Assembly: GCA_964057225.1 (NCBI GenBank)
Contig: OZ059900.1
Coordinates: 7,874,001-7,938,000 of the forward strand
From: Auanema rhodensis
Lineage: Eukaryota > Animalia > Nematoda
Direction of reading: 5' to 3'
Length of the DNA: 64,000 nucleotides
Positions 28,101-43,300 of the stretch are shown here, piece by piece. Position 1 is the first letter of the stretch, and each line of letters begins with the position of its first letter. Both the position numbers and the translations under genes were made by a program. Below the pieces are notes generated by a model, which was not told the DNA's origin, searched no databases, and was given only the letters and a program-made list of their open reading frames with translations.

Positions 28101-31100
28101 TATGGATTTGAAATTCAGGATTCATAAACTTTGACTATTTTTACATATATATGTCCAATTTTAACCACTTTGGTCAAAAAGGACCGAAAATATCAAGAAT
28201 TATTGGTTTTTTGGGGTTTGAAGGGCATTTTGGCTAAATCAGTCAAACTTTTGATCTTAAGCATATTTTTTTCTTCTAAAACGACTAAATGTATGAAATA
28301 CTGTCAAAGAATGTTCATATAGGTGTATTTTGCACGAATATCAAAACTGATTGAAATATGGGCCTTTTTATGCTCAAAACGCCATATATTCAACGATTTT
28401 GGGTACAAAACATGTGAAAACTGTATGTTTTGATCAGACCCTTTGAGATATGGATTTGAAATTCAGGATTCATAAACTTTGACTATTTTTACATATATAT
28501 GTTCAATTTTAACCACTTTGGTCAAAAAGGACCGAAAATATCAAGAATTATTGGTTTTTTGGGGTTTGAAGGGCATTTTGGCAAAATCAGTCAAACTTTT
28601 GATCTTAAGCATATTTTTTTCTTCTAAAACGACTAAATGTATGAAATACTGTCATAGAATGTTCATATAGGTGTATTTTGCACGAATATCAAAACTGATT
28701 GAAATATGGGCCTTTTTATGCTCAAAACGCCATATATTCAACGATTTTGGGTACAAAACATGTGAAAACTGTATGTTTTGATCAGACCCTTTGAGATATG
28801 GATTTGAAATTCAGGATTCACAAACTTCGACTATTTCTACATATATATGTCCAATTTTAACCACTTTGGTCAAAAAGGACCGAAAATATCAAAAATTATT
28901 GGTTTTTTGGGGTTTGAAGGGCATTTTGGCAAAATCAGTCAAACTTTTGATCTTAAGCATATTTTTTTCTTCTAAAACGACTAAATGTATGAAATACTGT
29001 CAAAGAATGTTCATATAGGTGTATTTTGCACGAATATCAAAACTGATTGAAATATGGGCCTTTTTATGCTCAAAACGCCATATATTCAACGATTTTGGGT
29101 ACAAAACATGTGAAAACTGTATGTTTTGATCAGACCCTTTGAGATATGGATTTGAAATTCAGGATTCATAAACTTTGACTATTTTCACATATATATGTCC
29201 AATTTTAACCACTTTGGTCAAAAAGGACCGAAAATATCAAGAATTATTGGTTTTTTGGGGTTTGAAGGGCATTTTGGCAAAATCAGTCAAACTTTTGATC
29301 TTAAGCATATTTTTTTCTTCTAAAACGACTAAATGTATGAAATACTGTCATAGAATGTTCATATAGGTGTATTTTGCACGAATATCAAAACTGATTGAAA
29401 TATGGGCCTTTTTATGCTCAAAACGCCATATATTCAACGATTTTGGGTACAAAACATGTGAAAACTGTATGTTTTGATCAGACCCTTTGAGATATGGATT
29501 TGAAATTCAGGATTCATAAACTTCGACTATTTCTACATATATATGTTTAATTTTAACCACTTTGGTCAAAAAGGACCGAAAAAATCAAGAATTATTGGTT
29601 TTTTGGGGTTTGAAGGGCATTTTGGCAAAATCAGTCAAACTTTTGATCTTAAGCATATTTTTTTCTTCTAAAACGACTAAATGTATGAAATACTGTCAAA
29701 GAATGTTCATATAGGTGTATTTTGCACGAATATCAAAACTGATTGAAATATGGGCCTTTTTATGCTCAAAACGCCATATATTCAACGATTTTGGGTACAA
29801 AACATGTGAAAACTGTATGTTTTGATCAGACCCTTTGAGATATGGATTTAAAATTCAGGATTCATAAAATTCGACTATTTTTACATATATATGTCCAATT
29901 TTAACCACTTTGGTCAAAAAGGACCGAAAATATCAAGAATTATTGGTTTTTTGGGGTTTGAAGGGCATTTTGGCAAAATCAGTCAAACTTTTGATCTTAA
30001 GCATATTTTTTTCTTCTAAAACGACTAAATGTATGAAATACTGTCATAGAATGTTCATATAGGTGTATTTTGCACGAATATCAAAACTGATTAAAATATG
30101 GGCCTTTTTATGCTCAAAACGCCATATATTCAACGATTTTGGGTACAAAACATGTGAAAACTGTATGTTTTGATCAGACCCTTTGAGATATGGATTTGAA
30201 ATTCAGGATTCATAAACTTTGACTATTTTTACATATATATGTCCAATTTTAACCACTTTGGTCAAAAAGGACCGAAAATATCAAGAATTATTGGTTTTTT
30301 GGGGTTTGAAGGGCATTTTGGCTAAATCAGTCAAACTTTTGATCTTAAGCATATTTTTTTCTTCTAAAACGACTAAATGTATGAAATACTGTCAAAGAAT
30401 GTTCATATAGGTGTATTTTGCACGAATATCAAAACTGATTGAAATATGGGCCTTTTTATGCTCAAAACGCCATATATTCAACGATTTTGGGTACAAAACA
30501 TGTGAAAACTGTATGTTTTGATCAGACCCTTTGAGATATGGATTTGAAATTCAGGATTCATAAACTTTGACTATTTTTACATATATATGTTCAATTTTAA
30601 CCACTTTGGTCAAAAAGGACCGAAAATATCAAGAATTATTGGTTTTTTGGGGTTTGAAGGGCATTTTGGCAAAATCAGTCAAACTTTTGATCTTAAGCAT
30701 ATTTTTTTCTTCTAAAACGACTAAATGTATGAAATACTGTCATAGAATGTTCATATAGGTGTATTTTGCACGAATATCAAAACTGATTGAAATATGGGCC
30801 TTTTTATGCTCAAAACGCCATATATTCAACGATTTTGGGTACAAAACATGTGAAAACTGTATGTTTTGATCAGACCCTTTGAGATATGGATTTGAAATTC
30901 AGGATTCACAAACTTCGACTATTTCTACATATATATGTCCAATTTTAACCACTTTGGTCAAAAAGGACCGAAAATATCAAAAATTATTGGTTTTTTGGGG
31001 TTTGAAGGGCATTTTGGCAAAATCAGTCAAACTTTTGATCTTAAGCATATTTTTTTCTTCTAAAACGACTAAATGTATGAAATACTGTCAAAGAATGTTC

Positions 31101-34100
31101 ATATAGGTGTATTTTGCACGAATATCAAAACTGATTGAAATATGGGCCTTTTTATGCTCAAAACGCCATATATTCAACGATTTTGGGTACAAAACATGTG
31201 AAAACTGTATGTTTTGATCAGACCCTTTGAGATATGGATTTGAAATTCAGGATTCATAAACTTTGACTATTTTCACATATATATGTCCAATTTTAACCAC
31301 TTTGGTCAAAAAGGACCGAAAATATCAAGAATTATTGGTTTTTTGGGGTTTGAAGGGCATTTTGGCAAAATCAGTCAAACTTTTGATCTTAAGCATATTT
31401 TTTTCTTCTAAAACGACTAAATGTATGAAATACTGTCATAGAATGTTCATATAGGTGTATTTTGCACGAATATCAAAACTGATTGAAATATGGGCCTTTT
31501 TATGCTCAAAACGCCATATATTCAACGATTTTGGGTACAAAACATGTGAAAACTGTATGTTTTGATCAGACCCTTTGAGATATGGATTTGAAATTCAGGA
31601 TTCATAAACTTCGACTATTTCTACATATATATGTTTAATTTTAACCACTTTGGTCAAAAAGGACCGAAAAAATCAAGAATTATTGGTTTTTTGGGGTTTG
31701 AAGGGCATTTTGGCAAAATCAGTCAAACTTTTGATCTTAAGCATATTTTTTTCTTCTAAAACGACTAAATGTATGAAATACTGTCAAAGAATGTTCATAT
31801 AGGTGTATTTTGCACGAATATCAAAACTGATTGAAATATGGGCCTTTTTATGCTCAAAACGCCATATATTCAACGATTTTGGGTACAAAACATGTGAAAA
31901 CTGTATGTTTTGATCAGACCCTTTGAGATATGGATTTAAAATTCAGGATTCATAAAATTCGACTAATTTTACATATATATGTCCAATTTTAACCACTTTG
32001 GTCAAAAAGGACCGAAAATATCAAGAATTATTGGTTTTTTGGGGTTTGAAGGGCATTTTGGCAAAATCAGTCAAACTTTTGATCTTAAGCATATTTTTTT
32101 CTTCTAAAACGACTAAATGTATGAAATACTGTCATAGAATGTTCATATAGGTGTATTTTGCACGAATATCAAAACTGATTGAAATATGGGCCTTTTTATG
32201 CTCAAAACGCCATATATTCAACGATTTTGGGTACAAAACATGTGAAAACTGTATGTTTTGATCAGACCCTTTGAGATATGGATTTGAAATTCAGGATTCA
32301 TAAACTTTGACTATTTTTACATATATATGTCCAATTTTAACCACTTTGGTCAAAAAGGACCGAAAATATCAAGAATTATTGGTTTTTTGGGGTTTGAAGG
32401 GCATTTTGGCTAAATCAGTCAAACTTTTGATCTTAAGCATATTTTTTTCTTCTAAAACGACTAAATGTATGAAATACTGTCAAAGAATGTTCATATAGGT
32501 GTATTTTGCACGAATATCAAAACTGATTGAAATATGGGCCTTTTTATGCTCAAAACGCCATATATTCAACGATTTTGGGTACAAAACATGTGAAAACTGT
32601 ATGTTTTGATCAGACCCTTTGAGATATGGATTTAAAATTCAGGATTCATAAAATTCGACTATTTTTACATATATATGTCCAATTTTAACCACTTTGGTCA
32701 AAAAGGACCGAAAATATCAAGAATTATTGGTTTTTTGGGGTTTGAAGGGCATTTTGGCAAAATCAGTCAAACTTTTGATCTTAAGCATATTTTTTTCTTC
32801 TAAAACGACTAAATGTATGAAATACTGTCATAGAATGTTCATATAGGTGTATTTTGCACGAATATCAAAACTGATTGAAATATGGGCCTTTTTATGCTCA
32901 AAACGCCATATATTCAACGATTTTGGGTACAAAACATGTGAAAACTGTATGTTTTGATCAGACCCTTTGAGATATGGATTTGAAATTCAGGATTCACAAA
33001 CTTCGACTATTTCTACATATATATGTCCAATTTTAACCACTTTGGTCAAAAAGGACCGAAAATATCAAAAATTATTGGTTTTTTGGGGTTTGAAGGGCAT
33101 TTTGGCAAAATCAGTCAAACTTTTGATCTTAAGCATATTTTTTTCTTCTAAAACGACTAAATGTATGAAATACTGTCAAAGAATGTTCATATAGGTGTAT
33201 TTTGCACGAATATCAAAACTGATTGAAATATGGGCCTTTTTATGCTCAAAACGCCATATATTCAACGATTTTGGGTACAAAACATGTGAAAACTGTATGT
33301 TTTGATCAGACCCTTTGAGATATGGATTTGAAATTCAGGATTCATAAACTTTGACTATTTTCACATATATATGTCCAATTTTAACCACTTTGGTCAAAAA
33401 GGACCGAAAATATCAAGAATTATTGGTTTTTTGGGGTTTGAAGGGCATTTTGGCAAAATCAGTCAAACTTTTGATCTTAAGCATATTTTTTTCTTCTAAA
33501 ACGACTAAATGTATGAAATACTGTCATAGAATGTTCATATAGGTGTATTTTGCACGAATATCAAAACTGATTGAAATATGGGCCTTTTTATGCTCAAAAC
33601 GCCATATATTCAACGATTTTGGGTACAAAACATGTGAAAACTGTATGTTTTGATCAGACCCTTTGAGATATGGATTTGAAATTCAGGATTCATAAACTTC
33701 GACTATTTCTACATATATATGTTTAATTTTAACCACTTTGGTCAAAAAGGACTGAAAATATCAAGAATTATTGGTTTTTTGGGGTTTGAAGGGCATTTTG
33801 GCAAAATCAGTCAAACTTTTGATCTTAAGCATATTTTTTTCTTCTAAAACGACTAAATGTATGAAATACTGTCAAAGAATGTTCATATAGGTGTATTTTG
33901 CACGAATATCAAAACTGATTGAAATATGGGCCTTTTTATGCTCAAAACGCCATATATTCAACGATTTTGGGTACAAAACATGTGAAAACTGTATGTTTTG
34001 ATCAGACCCTTTGAGATATGGATTTAAAATTCAGGATTCATAAAATTCGACTATTTTTACATATATATGTCCAATTTTAACCACTTTGGTCAAAAAGGAC

Positions 34101-34364
34101 CGAAAATATCAAGAATTATTGGTTTTTTGGGGTTTGAAGGGCATTTTGGCAAAATCAGTCAAACTTTTGATCTTAAGCATATTTTTTTCTTCTAAAACGA
34201 CTAAATGTATGAAATACTGTCATAGAAAGTTCATATAGGTGTATTTTGCACGAATATCAAAACTGATTGAAATATGGGCCTTTTTATGCTCAAAACGCCA
34301 TATATTCAACGATTTTGGGTACAAAACATGTGAAAACTGTATGTTTTGATCAGACCCTTTGAGA
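28101..34364. repeat. Higher-order repeat: about 3 tandem copies of a 6-monomer (2088-bp) unit
   Basis: The TTCACAAAC allele gives 75-aa ORFs at 28791, 30879 and 32967 (spacing 2088). GCTAAA monomers lie at 28131/30219/32307/34395. The GTTTAATT allele lies at ~29548/31636/33724, and CCGAAAAAATC at 29583/31671. Confidence 0.9.
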
Positions 34365-37300
34365 TATGGATTTGAAATTCAGGATTCATAAACTTTGACT
34401 ATTTTTACATATATATGTCCAATTTTAACCACTTTGGTCGAAAAGGACCGAAAATATCAAGAATTATTGGTTTTTTGGGGTTTGAAGGGCATTTTGGCTA
34501 AATCAGTCAAACTTTTGATCTTAAGCATATTTTTTTCTTCTAAAACGACTAAATGTATGAAATACTGTCAAAGAATGTTCATATAGGTGTATTTTGCACG
34601 AATATCAAAACTGATTGAAATATGGGCCTTTTTATGCTCAAAACGCCATATATTCAACGATTTTGGGTACAAAACATGTGAAAACTGTATGTTTTGATCA
34701 GACCCTTTGAGATATGGATTTAAAATTCAGGATTCATAAAATTCGACTATTTTTACATATATATGTCCAATTTTAACCACTTTGGTCAAAAAGGACCGAA
34801 AATATCAAGAATTATTGGTTTTTTGGGGTTTGAAGGGCATTTTGGCAAAATCAGTCAAACTTTTGATCTTAAGCATATTTTTTTCTTCTAAAACGACTAA
34901 ATGTATGAAATACTGTCATAGAATGTTCATATAGGTGTATTTTGCACGAATATCAAAACTGATTGAAATATGGGCCTTTTTATGCTCAAAACGCCATATA
35001 TTCAACGATTTTGGGTACAAAACATGTGAAAACTGTATGTTTTGATCAGACCCTTTGAGATATGGATTTGAAATTCAGGATTCATAAACTTTGACTATTT
35101 TTACATATATATGTTCAATTTTAACCACTTTGGTCAAAAAGGACCGAAAATATCAAGAATTATTGGTTTTTTGGGGTTTGAAGGGCATTTTGGCAAAATC
35201 AGTCAAACTTTTGATCTTAAGCATATTTTTTTCTTCTAAAACGACTAAATGTATGAAATACTGTCATAGAATGTTCATATAGGTGTATTTTGCACGAATA
35301 TCAAAACTGATTGAAATATGGGCCTTTTTATGCTCAAAACGCCATATATTCAACGATTTTGGGTACAAAACATGTGAAAACTGTATGTTTTGATCAGACC
35401 CTTTGAGATATGGATTTGAAATTCAGGATTCATAAACTTCGACTATTTCTACATATATATGTCCAATTTTAACCACTTTGGTCAAAAAGGACCGAAAATA
35501 TCAAAAATTATTGGTTTTTTGGGGTTTGAAGGGCATTTTGGCAAAATCAGTCAAACTTTTGATCTTAAGCATATTTTTTTCTTCTAAAACGACTAAATGT
35601 ATGAAATACTGTCAAAGAATGTTCATATAGGTGTATTTTGCACGAATATCAAAACTGATTGAAATATGGGCCTTTTTATGCTCAAAACGCCATATATTCA
35701 ACGATTTTGGGTACAAAACATGTGAAAACTGTATGTTTTGATCAGACCCTTTGAGATATGGATTTGAAATTCAGGATTCATAAACTTTGACTATTTTCAC
35801 ATATATATGTCCAATTTTAACCACTTTGGTCAAAAAGGACCGAAAATATCAAGAATTATTGGTTTTTTGGGGTTTGAAGGGCATTTTGGCAAAATCAGTC
35901 AAACTTTTGATCTTAAGCATATTTTTTTCTTCTAAAACGACTAAATGTATGAAATACTGTCATAGAATGTTCATATAGGTGTATTTTGCACGAATATCAA
36001 AACTGATTGAAATATGGGCCTTTTTATGCTCAAAACGCCATATATTCAACGATTTTGGGTACAAAACATGTGAAAACTGTATGTTTTGATCAGACCCTTT
36101 GAGATATGGATTTGAAATTCAGGATTCATAAACTTCGACTATTTCTACATATATATGTCCAATTTTAACCACTTTGGTCAAAAAGGACCGAAAATATCAA
36201 GAATTATTGGTTTTTTGGGGTTTGAAGGGCATTTTGGCAAAATCAGTCAAACTTTTGATCTTAAGCATATTTTTTTCTTCTAAAACGACTAAATGTATGA
36301 AATACTGTCAAAGAATGTTCATATAGGTGTATTTTGCACGAATATCAAAACTGATTGAAATATGGGCCTTTTTATGCTCAAAACGCCATATATTCAACGA
36401 TTTTGGGTACAAAACATGTGAAAACTGTATGTTTTGATCAGACCCTTTGAGATATGGATTTAAAATTCAGGATTCATAAAATTCAACTATTTTTACATAT
36501 ATATGTCCAATTTTAACCACTTTGGTCAAAAAGGACCGAAAATATCAAGAATTATTGGTTTTTTGGGGTTTGAAGGGCATTTTGGCAAAATCAGTCAAAC
36601 TTTTGATCTTAAGCATATTTTTTTCTTCTAAAACGACTAAATGTATGAAATACTGTCATAGAATGTTCATATAGGTGTATTTTGCACGAATATCAAAACT
36701 GATTGAAATATGGGCCTTTTTATGCTCAAAACGCCATATATTCAACGATTTTGGGTACAAAACATGTGAAAACTGTATGTTTTGATCAGACCCTTTGAGA
36801 TATGGATTTAAAATTCAGGATTCATAAAATTTGACTATTTTCACATATATATGTCCAATTTTAACCACTTTGGTCAAAAAGGACCGAAAATATCAAGAAT
36901 TATTGGTTTTTTGGGGTTTGAAGGGCATTTTGGCAAAATCAGTCAAACTTTTGATCTTAAGCATATTTTTTTCTTCTAAAACGACTAAATGTATGAAATA
37001 CTGTCATAGAATGTTCATATAGGTGTATTTTGCACGAATATCAAAACTGATTGAAATATGGGCCTTTTTATGCTCAAAACGCCATATATTCAACGATTTT
37101 GGGTACAAAACATGTGAAAACTGTATGTTTTGATCAGACCCTTTGAGATATGGATTTGAAATTCAGGATTCACAAACTTCGACTATTTCTACATATATAT
37201 GTCCAATTTTAACCACTTTGGTCAAAAAGGACCGAAAATATCAAAAATTATTGGTTTTTTGGGGTTTGAAGGGCATTTTGGCAAAATCAGTCAAACTTTT

Positions 37301-40300
37301 GATCTTAAGCATATTTTTCTCTTCTAAAACGACTAAATGTATGAAATACTGTCAAAGAATGTTCATATAGGTGTATTTTGCACGAATATCAAAACTGATT
37401 GAAATATGGGCCTTTTTATGCTCAAAACGCCATATATTCAACGATTTTGGGTACAAAACATGTGAAAACTGTATGTTTTGATCAGACCCTTTGAGATATG
37501 GATTTGAAATTCAGGATTCATAAACTTTGACTATTTTCACATATATATGTCCAATTTTAACCACTTTGGTCAAAAAGGACCGAAAATATCAAGAATTATT
37601 GGTTTTTTGGGGTTTGAAGGGCATTTTGGCAAAATCAGTCAAACTTTTGATCTTAAGCATATTTTTTTCTTCTAAAACGACTAAATGTATGAAATACTGT
37701 CATAGAATGTTCATATAGGTGTATTTTGCACGAATATCAAAACTGATTGAAATATGGGCCTTTTTATGCTCAAAACGCCATATATTCAACGATTTTGGGT
37801 ACAAAACATGTGAAAACTGTATGTTTTGATCAGACCCTTTGAGATATGGATTTGAAATTCAGGATTCATAAACTTCGACTATTTCTACATATATATGTTT
37901 AATTTTAACCACTTTGGTCAAAAAGGACCGAAAATATCAAGAATTATTGGTTTTTTGGGGTTTGAAGGGCATTTTGGCAAAATCAGTCAAACTTTTGATC
38001 TTAAGCATATTTTTTTCTTCTAAAACGACTAAATGTATGAAATACTGTCATAGAATGTTCATATAGGTGTATTTTGCACGAATATCAAAACTGATTGAAA
38101 TATGGGCCTTTTTATGCTCAAAACGCCATATATTCAACGATTTTGGGTACAAAACATGTGAAAACTGTATGTTTTGATCAGACCCTTTGAGATATGGATT
38201 TAAAATTCAGGATTCATAAAATTCGACTATTTTTACATATATATGTCCAATTTTAACCACTTTGGTCAAAAAGGACCGAAAATATCAAGAATTATTGGTT
38301 TTTTGGGGTTTGAAGGGCATTTTGGCAAAATCAGTCAAACTTTTGATCTTAAGCATATTTTTTTCTTCTAAAACGACTAAATGTATGAAATACTGTCATA
38401 GAATGTTCATATAGGTGTATTTTGCACGAATATCAAAACTGATTGAAATATGGGCCTTTTTATGCTCAAAACGCCATATATTCAACGATTTTGGGTACAA
38501 AACATGTGAAAACTGTATGTTTTGATCAGACCCTTTGAGATATGGATTTGAAATTCAGGATTCATAAACTTCGACTATTTCTACATATATATGTCCAATT
38601 TTAACCACTTTGGTCAAAAAGGACCGAAAATATCAAAAATTATTGGTTTTTTGGGGTTTGAAGGGCATTTTGGCAAAATCAGTCAAACTTTTGATCTTAA
38701 GCATATTTTTTTCTTCTAAAACGACTAAATGTATGAAATACTGTCAAAGAATGTTCATATAGGTGTATTTTGCACGAATATCGAAACTGATTGAAATATG
38801 GGCCTTTTTATGCTCAAAACGCCATATATTCAACGATTTTGGGTACAAAACATGTGAAAACTGTATGTTTTGATCAGACCCTTTGAGATATGGATTTGAA
38901 ATTCAGGATTCATAAACTTTGACTATTTTCACATATATATGTCCAATTTTAACCACTTTTGTCAAAAAGGACCGAAAATATCAAGAATTATTGGTTTTTT
39001 GGGGTTTGAAGGGCATTTTGGCAAAATCAGTCAAACTTTTGATCTTAAGCATATTTTTTTCTTCTAAAACGACTAAATGTATGAAATACTGTCATAGAAT
39101 GTTCATATAGGTGTATTTTGCACGAATATCAAAACTGATTGAAATATGGGCCTTTTTATGCTCAAAACGCCATATATTCAACGATTTTGGGTACAAAACA
39201 TGTGAAAACTGTATGTTTTGATCAGACCCTTTGAGATATGGATTTGAAATTCAGGATTCATAAACTTTGACTATTTCTACATATATATGTCCAATTTTAA
39301 CCACTTTGGTCAAAAAGGACCGAAAATATCAAAAATTATTGGTTTTTTGGGGTTTGAAGGGCATTTTGGCAAAATCAGTCAAACTTTTGATCTTAAGCAC
39401 ATTTTTTTCTTCTAAAACGACTGAATGTATGAAATACTGTCAAAGAATGTTCATATAGGTGTATTTTGCACGAATATCAAAACTGATTGAAATATGGGCC
39501 TTTTTATGCTCAAAACGCCATATATTCAACGATTTTGGGTACAAAACATGTGAAAACTGTATGTTTTGATCAGACCCTTTGAGATATGGATTTGAAATTC
39601 AGGATTCATAAACTTTGACTATTTTCACATATATTAGTCCAATTGTAACCACTTTGGTCAAAAAGGACCGAAAATATCAAGAATTATTGGTTTTTTGGGG
39701 TTTGAAGGGCATTTTGGCAAAATCAGTCAAACTTTTGATCTTAAGCATATTTTTTTCTTCTAAAACGACTAAATGTATGAAATACTGTCATAGAATGTTC
39801 ATATAGGTGTATTTTGCACGAATATCAAAACTGATTGAAATATGGGCCTTTTTATGCTCAAAACGCCATATATTCAACGATTTTGGGTACAAAACATGTG
39901 AAAACTGTATGTTTTGATCAGACCCTTTGAGATATGGATTTGAAATTCAGGATTCATAAACTTCGACTATTTCTACATATATATGTCCAATTTTAACCAC
40001 TTTGGTCAAAAAGGACCGAAAATATCAAGAATTATTGGTTTTTTGGGGTTTGAAGGGCATTTTGGCAAAATCAGTCAAACTTTTGATCTTAAGCATATTT
40101 TTTTCTTCTAAAACGACTAAATGTATGAAATACTGTCAAAGAATGTTCATATAGGTGTATTTTGCACGAATATCAAAACTGATTGAAATATGGGCCTTTT
40201 TATGCTCAAAACGCCATATATTCAACGATTTTGGGTACAAAACATGTGAAAACTGTATGTTTTGATCAGACCCTTTGAGATATGGATTTGAAATTCAGGA

Positions 40301-43300
40301 TTCATAAACTTCGACTATTTCTACATATATATGTCCAATTTTAACCACTTTGGTCAAAAAGGACCGAAAATATCAAAAATTATTGGTTTTTTGGGGTTTG
40401 AAGGGCATTTTGGCAAAATCAGTCAAACTTTTGATCTTAAGCATATTTTTTTCTTCTAAAACGACTGAATGTATGAAATACTGTCAAAGAATGTTCATAT
40501 AGGTGTATTTTGCACGAATATCAAAACTGATTGAAATATGGGCCTTTTTATGCTCAAAACGCCATATATTCAACGATTTTGGGTACAAAACATGTGAAAA
40601 CTGTATGTTTTGATCAGACCCTTTGAGATATGGATTTGAAATTCAGGATTCATAAACTTTGACTATTTTCACATATATTAGTCCAATTTTAACCACTTTG
40701 GTCAAAAAGGACCGAAAATATCAAGAATTATTGGTTTTTTGGGGTTTGAAGGGCATTTTGGCAAAATCAGTCAAACTTTTGATCTTAAGCATATTTTTTT
40801 CTTCTAAAACGACTAAATGTATGAAATACTGTCATAGAATGTTCATATAGGTGTATTTTGCACGAATATCAAAACTGATTGAAATATGGGCCTTTTTATG
40901 CTCAAAACGCCATATATTCAACGATTTTGGGTACAAAACATGTGAAAACTGTATGTTTTGATCAGACCCTTTGAGATATGGATTTGAAATTCAGGATTCA
41001 TAAACTTCGACTATTTCTACATATATATGTCCAATTTTAACCACTTTGGTCAAAAAGGACCGAAAATATCAAGAATTATTGGTTTTTTGGGGTTTGAAGG
41101 GCATTTTGGCAAAATCAGTCAAACTTTTGATCTTAAGCATATTTTTTTCTTCTAAAACGACTAAATGTATGAAATACTGTCAAAGAATGTTCATATAGGT
41201 GTATTTTGCACGAATATCAAAACTGATTGAAATATGGGCCTTTTTATGCTCAAAACGCCATATATTCAACGATTTTGGGTACAAAACATGTGAAAACTGT
41301 ATGTTTTGATCAGACCCTTTGAGATATGGATTTAAAATTCAGGATTCATAAAATTCAACTATTTTTACATATATATGTCCAATTTTAACCACTTTGGTCA
41401 AAAAGGACCGAAAATATCAAGAATTATTGGTTTTTTGGGGTTTGAAGGGCATTTTGGCAAAATCAGTCAAACTTTTGATCTTAAGCATATTTTTTTCTTC
41501 TAAAACGACTAAATGTATGAAATACTGTCATAGAATGTTCATATAGGTGTATTTTGCACGAATATCAAAACTGATTGAAATATGGGCCTTTTTATGCTCA
41601 AAACGCCATATATTCAACGATTTTGGGTACAAAACATGTGAAAACTGTATGTTTTGATCAGACCCTTTGAGATATGGATTTAAAATTCAGGATTCAAAAA
41701 ATTTGACTATTTTTACATATATATGTCCAATTTTAACCACTTTGGTCAAAAAGGACCGAAAATATCAAGAATTATTGGTTTTTTGGGGTTTGAAGGGCAT
41801 TTTGGCAAAATCAGTCAAACTTTTGATCTTAAGCATATTTTTTTCTTCTAAAACGACTAAATGTATGAAATACTGTCATAGAATGTTCATATAGGTGTAT
41901 TTTGCACGAATATCAAAACTGATTGAAATATGGGCCTTTTTATGCTCAAAACGCCATATATTCAACGATTTTGGGTACAAAACATGTGAAAACTGTATGT
42001 TTTGATCAGACCCTTTGAGATATGGATTTGAAATTCAGGATTCATAAACTTTGACTATGTTTACATATATATGTCCAATTTTAACCACTTTGGTCAAAAA
42101 GGACCGAAAATATCAAGAATTATTGGTTTTTTGGGGTTTGAAGGGCATTTTGGCTAAATCAGTCAAACTTTTGATCTTAAGCATATTTTTTTCTTCTAAA
42201 ACGACTAAATGTATGAAATACTGTCAAAGAATGTTCATATAGGTGTATTTTGCACGAATATCAAAACTGATTGAAATATGGGCCTTTTTATGCTCAAAAC
42301 GCCATATATTCAACGATTTTGGGTACAAAACATGTGAAAACTGTATGTTTTGATCAGACCCTTTGAGATATGGATTTAAAATTCAGGATTCATAAAATTC
42401 GACTATTTTTACATATATATGTCCAATTTTAACCACTTTGGTCAAAAAGGACCGAAAATATCAAGAATTATTGGTTTTTTGGGGTTTGAAGGGCATTTTG
42501 GCAAAATCAGTCAAACTTTTGATCTTAAGCATATTTTTTTCTTCTAAAACGACTAAATGTATGAAATACTGTCATAGAATGTTCATATAGGTGTATTTTG
42601 CACGAATATCAAAACTGATTGAAATATGGGCCTTTTTATGTTCAAAACGCCATATATTCAACGATTTTGGGTACAAAACATGTGAAAACTGTATGTTTTG
42701 ATCAGACCCTTTGAGATATGGATTTGAAATTCAGGATTCATAAACTTTGACTATTTTTACATATATATGTCCAATTTTAACCACTTTGGTCGAAAAGGAC
42801 CGAAAATATCAAGAATTATTGGTTTTTTGGGGATTGAAGGGCATTTTGGCAAAATCAGTCAAACTTTTGATCTTAAGCATATTTTTTTCTTCTAAAACGA
42901 CTAAATGTATGAAATACTGTCATAGAATGTTCATATAGGTGTATTTTGCACGAATATCAAAACTGATTGAAATATGGGCCTTTTTATGCTCAAAACGCCA
43001 TATATTCAACGATTTTGGGTACAAAACATGTGAAAACTGTATGTTTTGATCAGACCCTTTGAGATATGGATTTGAAATTCAGGATTCATAAACTTTGACT
43101 ATTTTTACATATATATGTCCAATTTTAACCACTTTGGTCAAAAAGGACCGAAAATATCAAGAATTATTGGTTTTTTGGGGTTTGAAGGGCATTTTGGCTA
43201 AATCAGTCAAACTTTTGATCTTAAGCATATTTTTTTCTTCTAAAACGACTAAATGTATGAAATACTGTCAAAGAATGTTCATATAGGTGTATTTTGCACG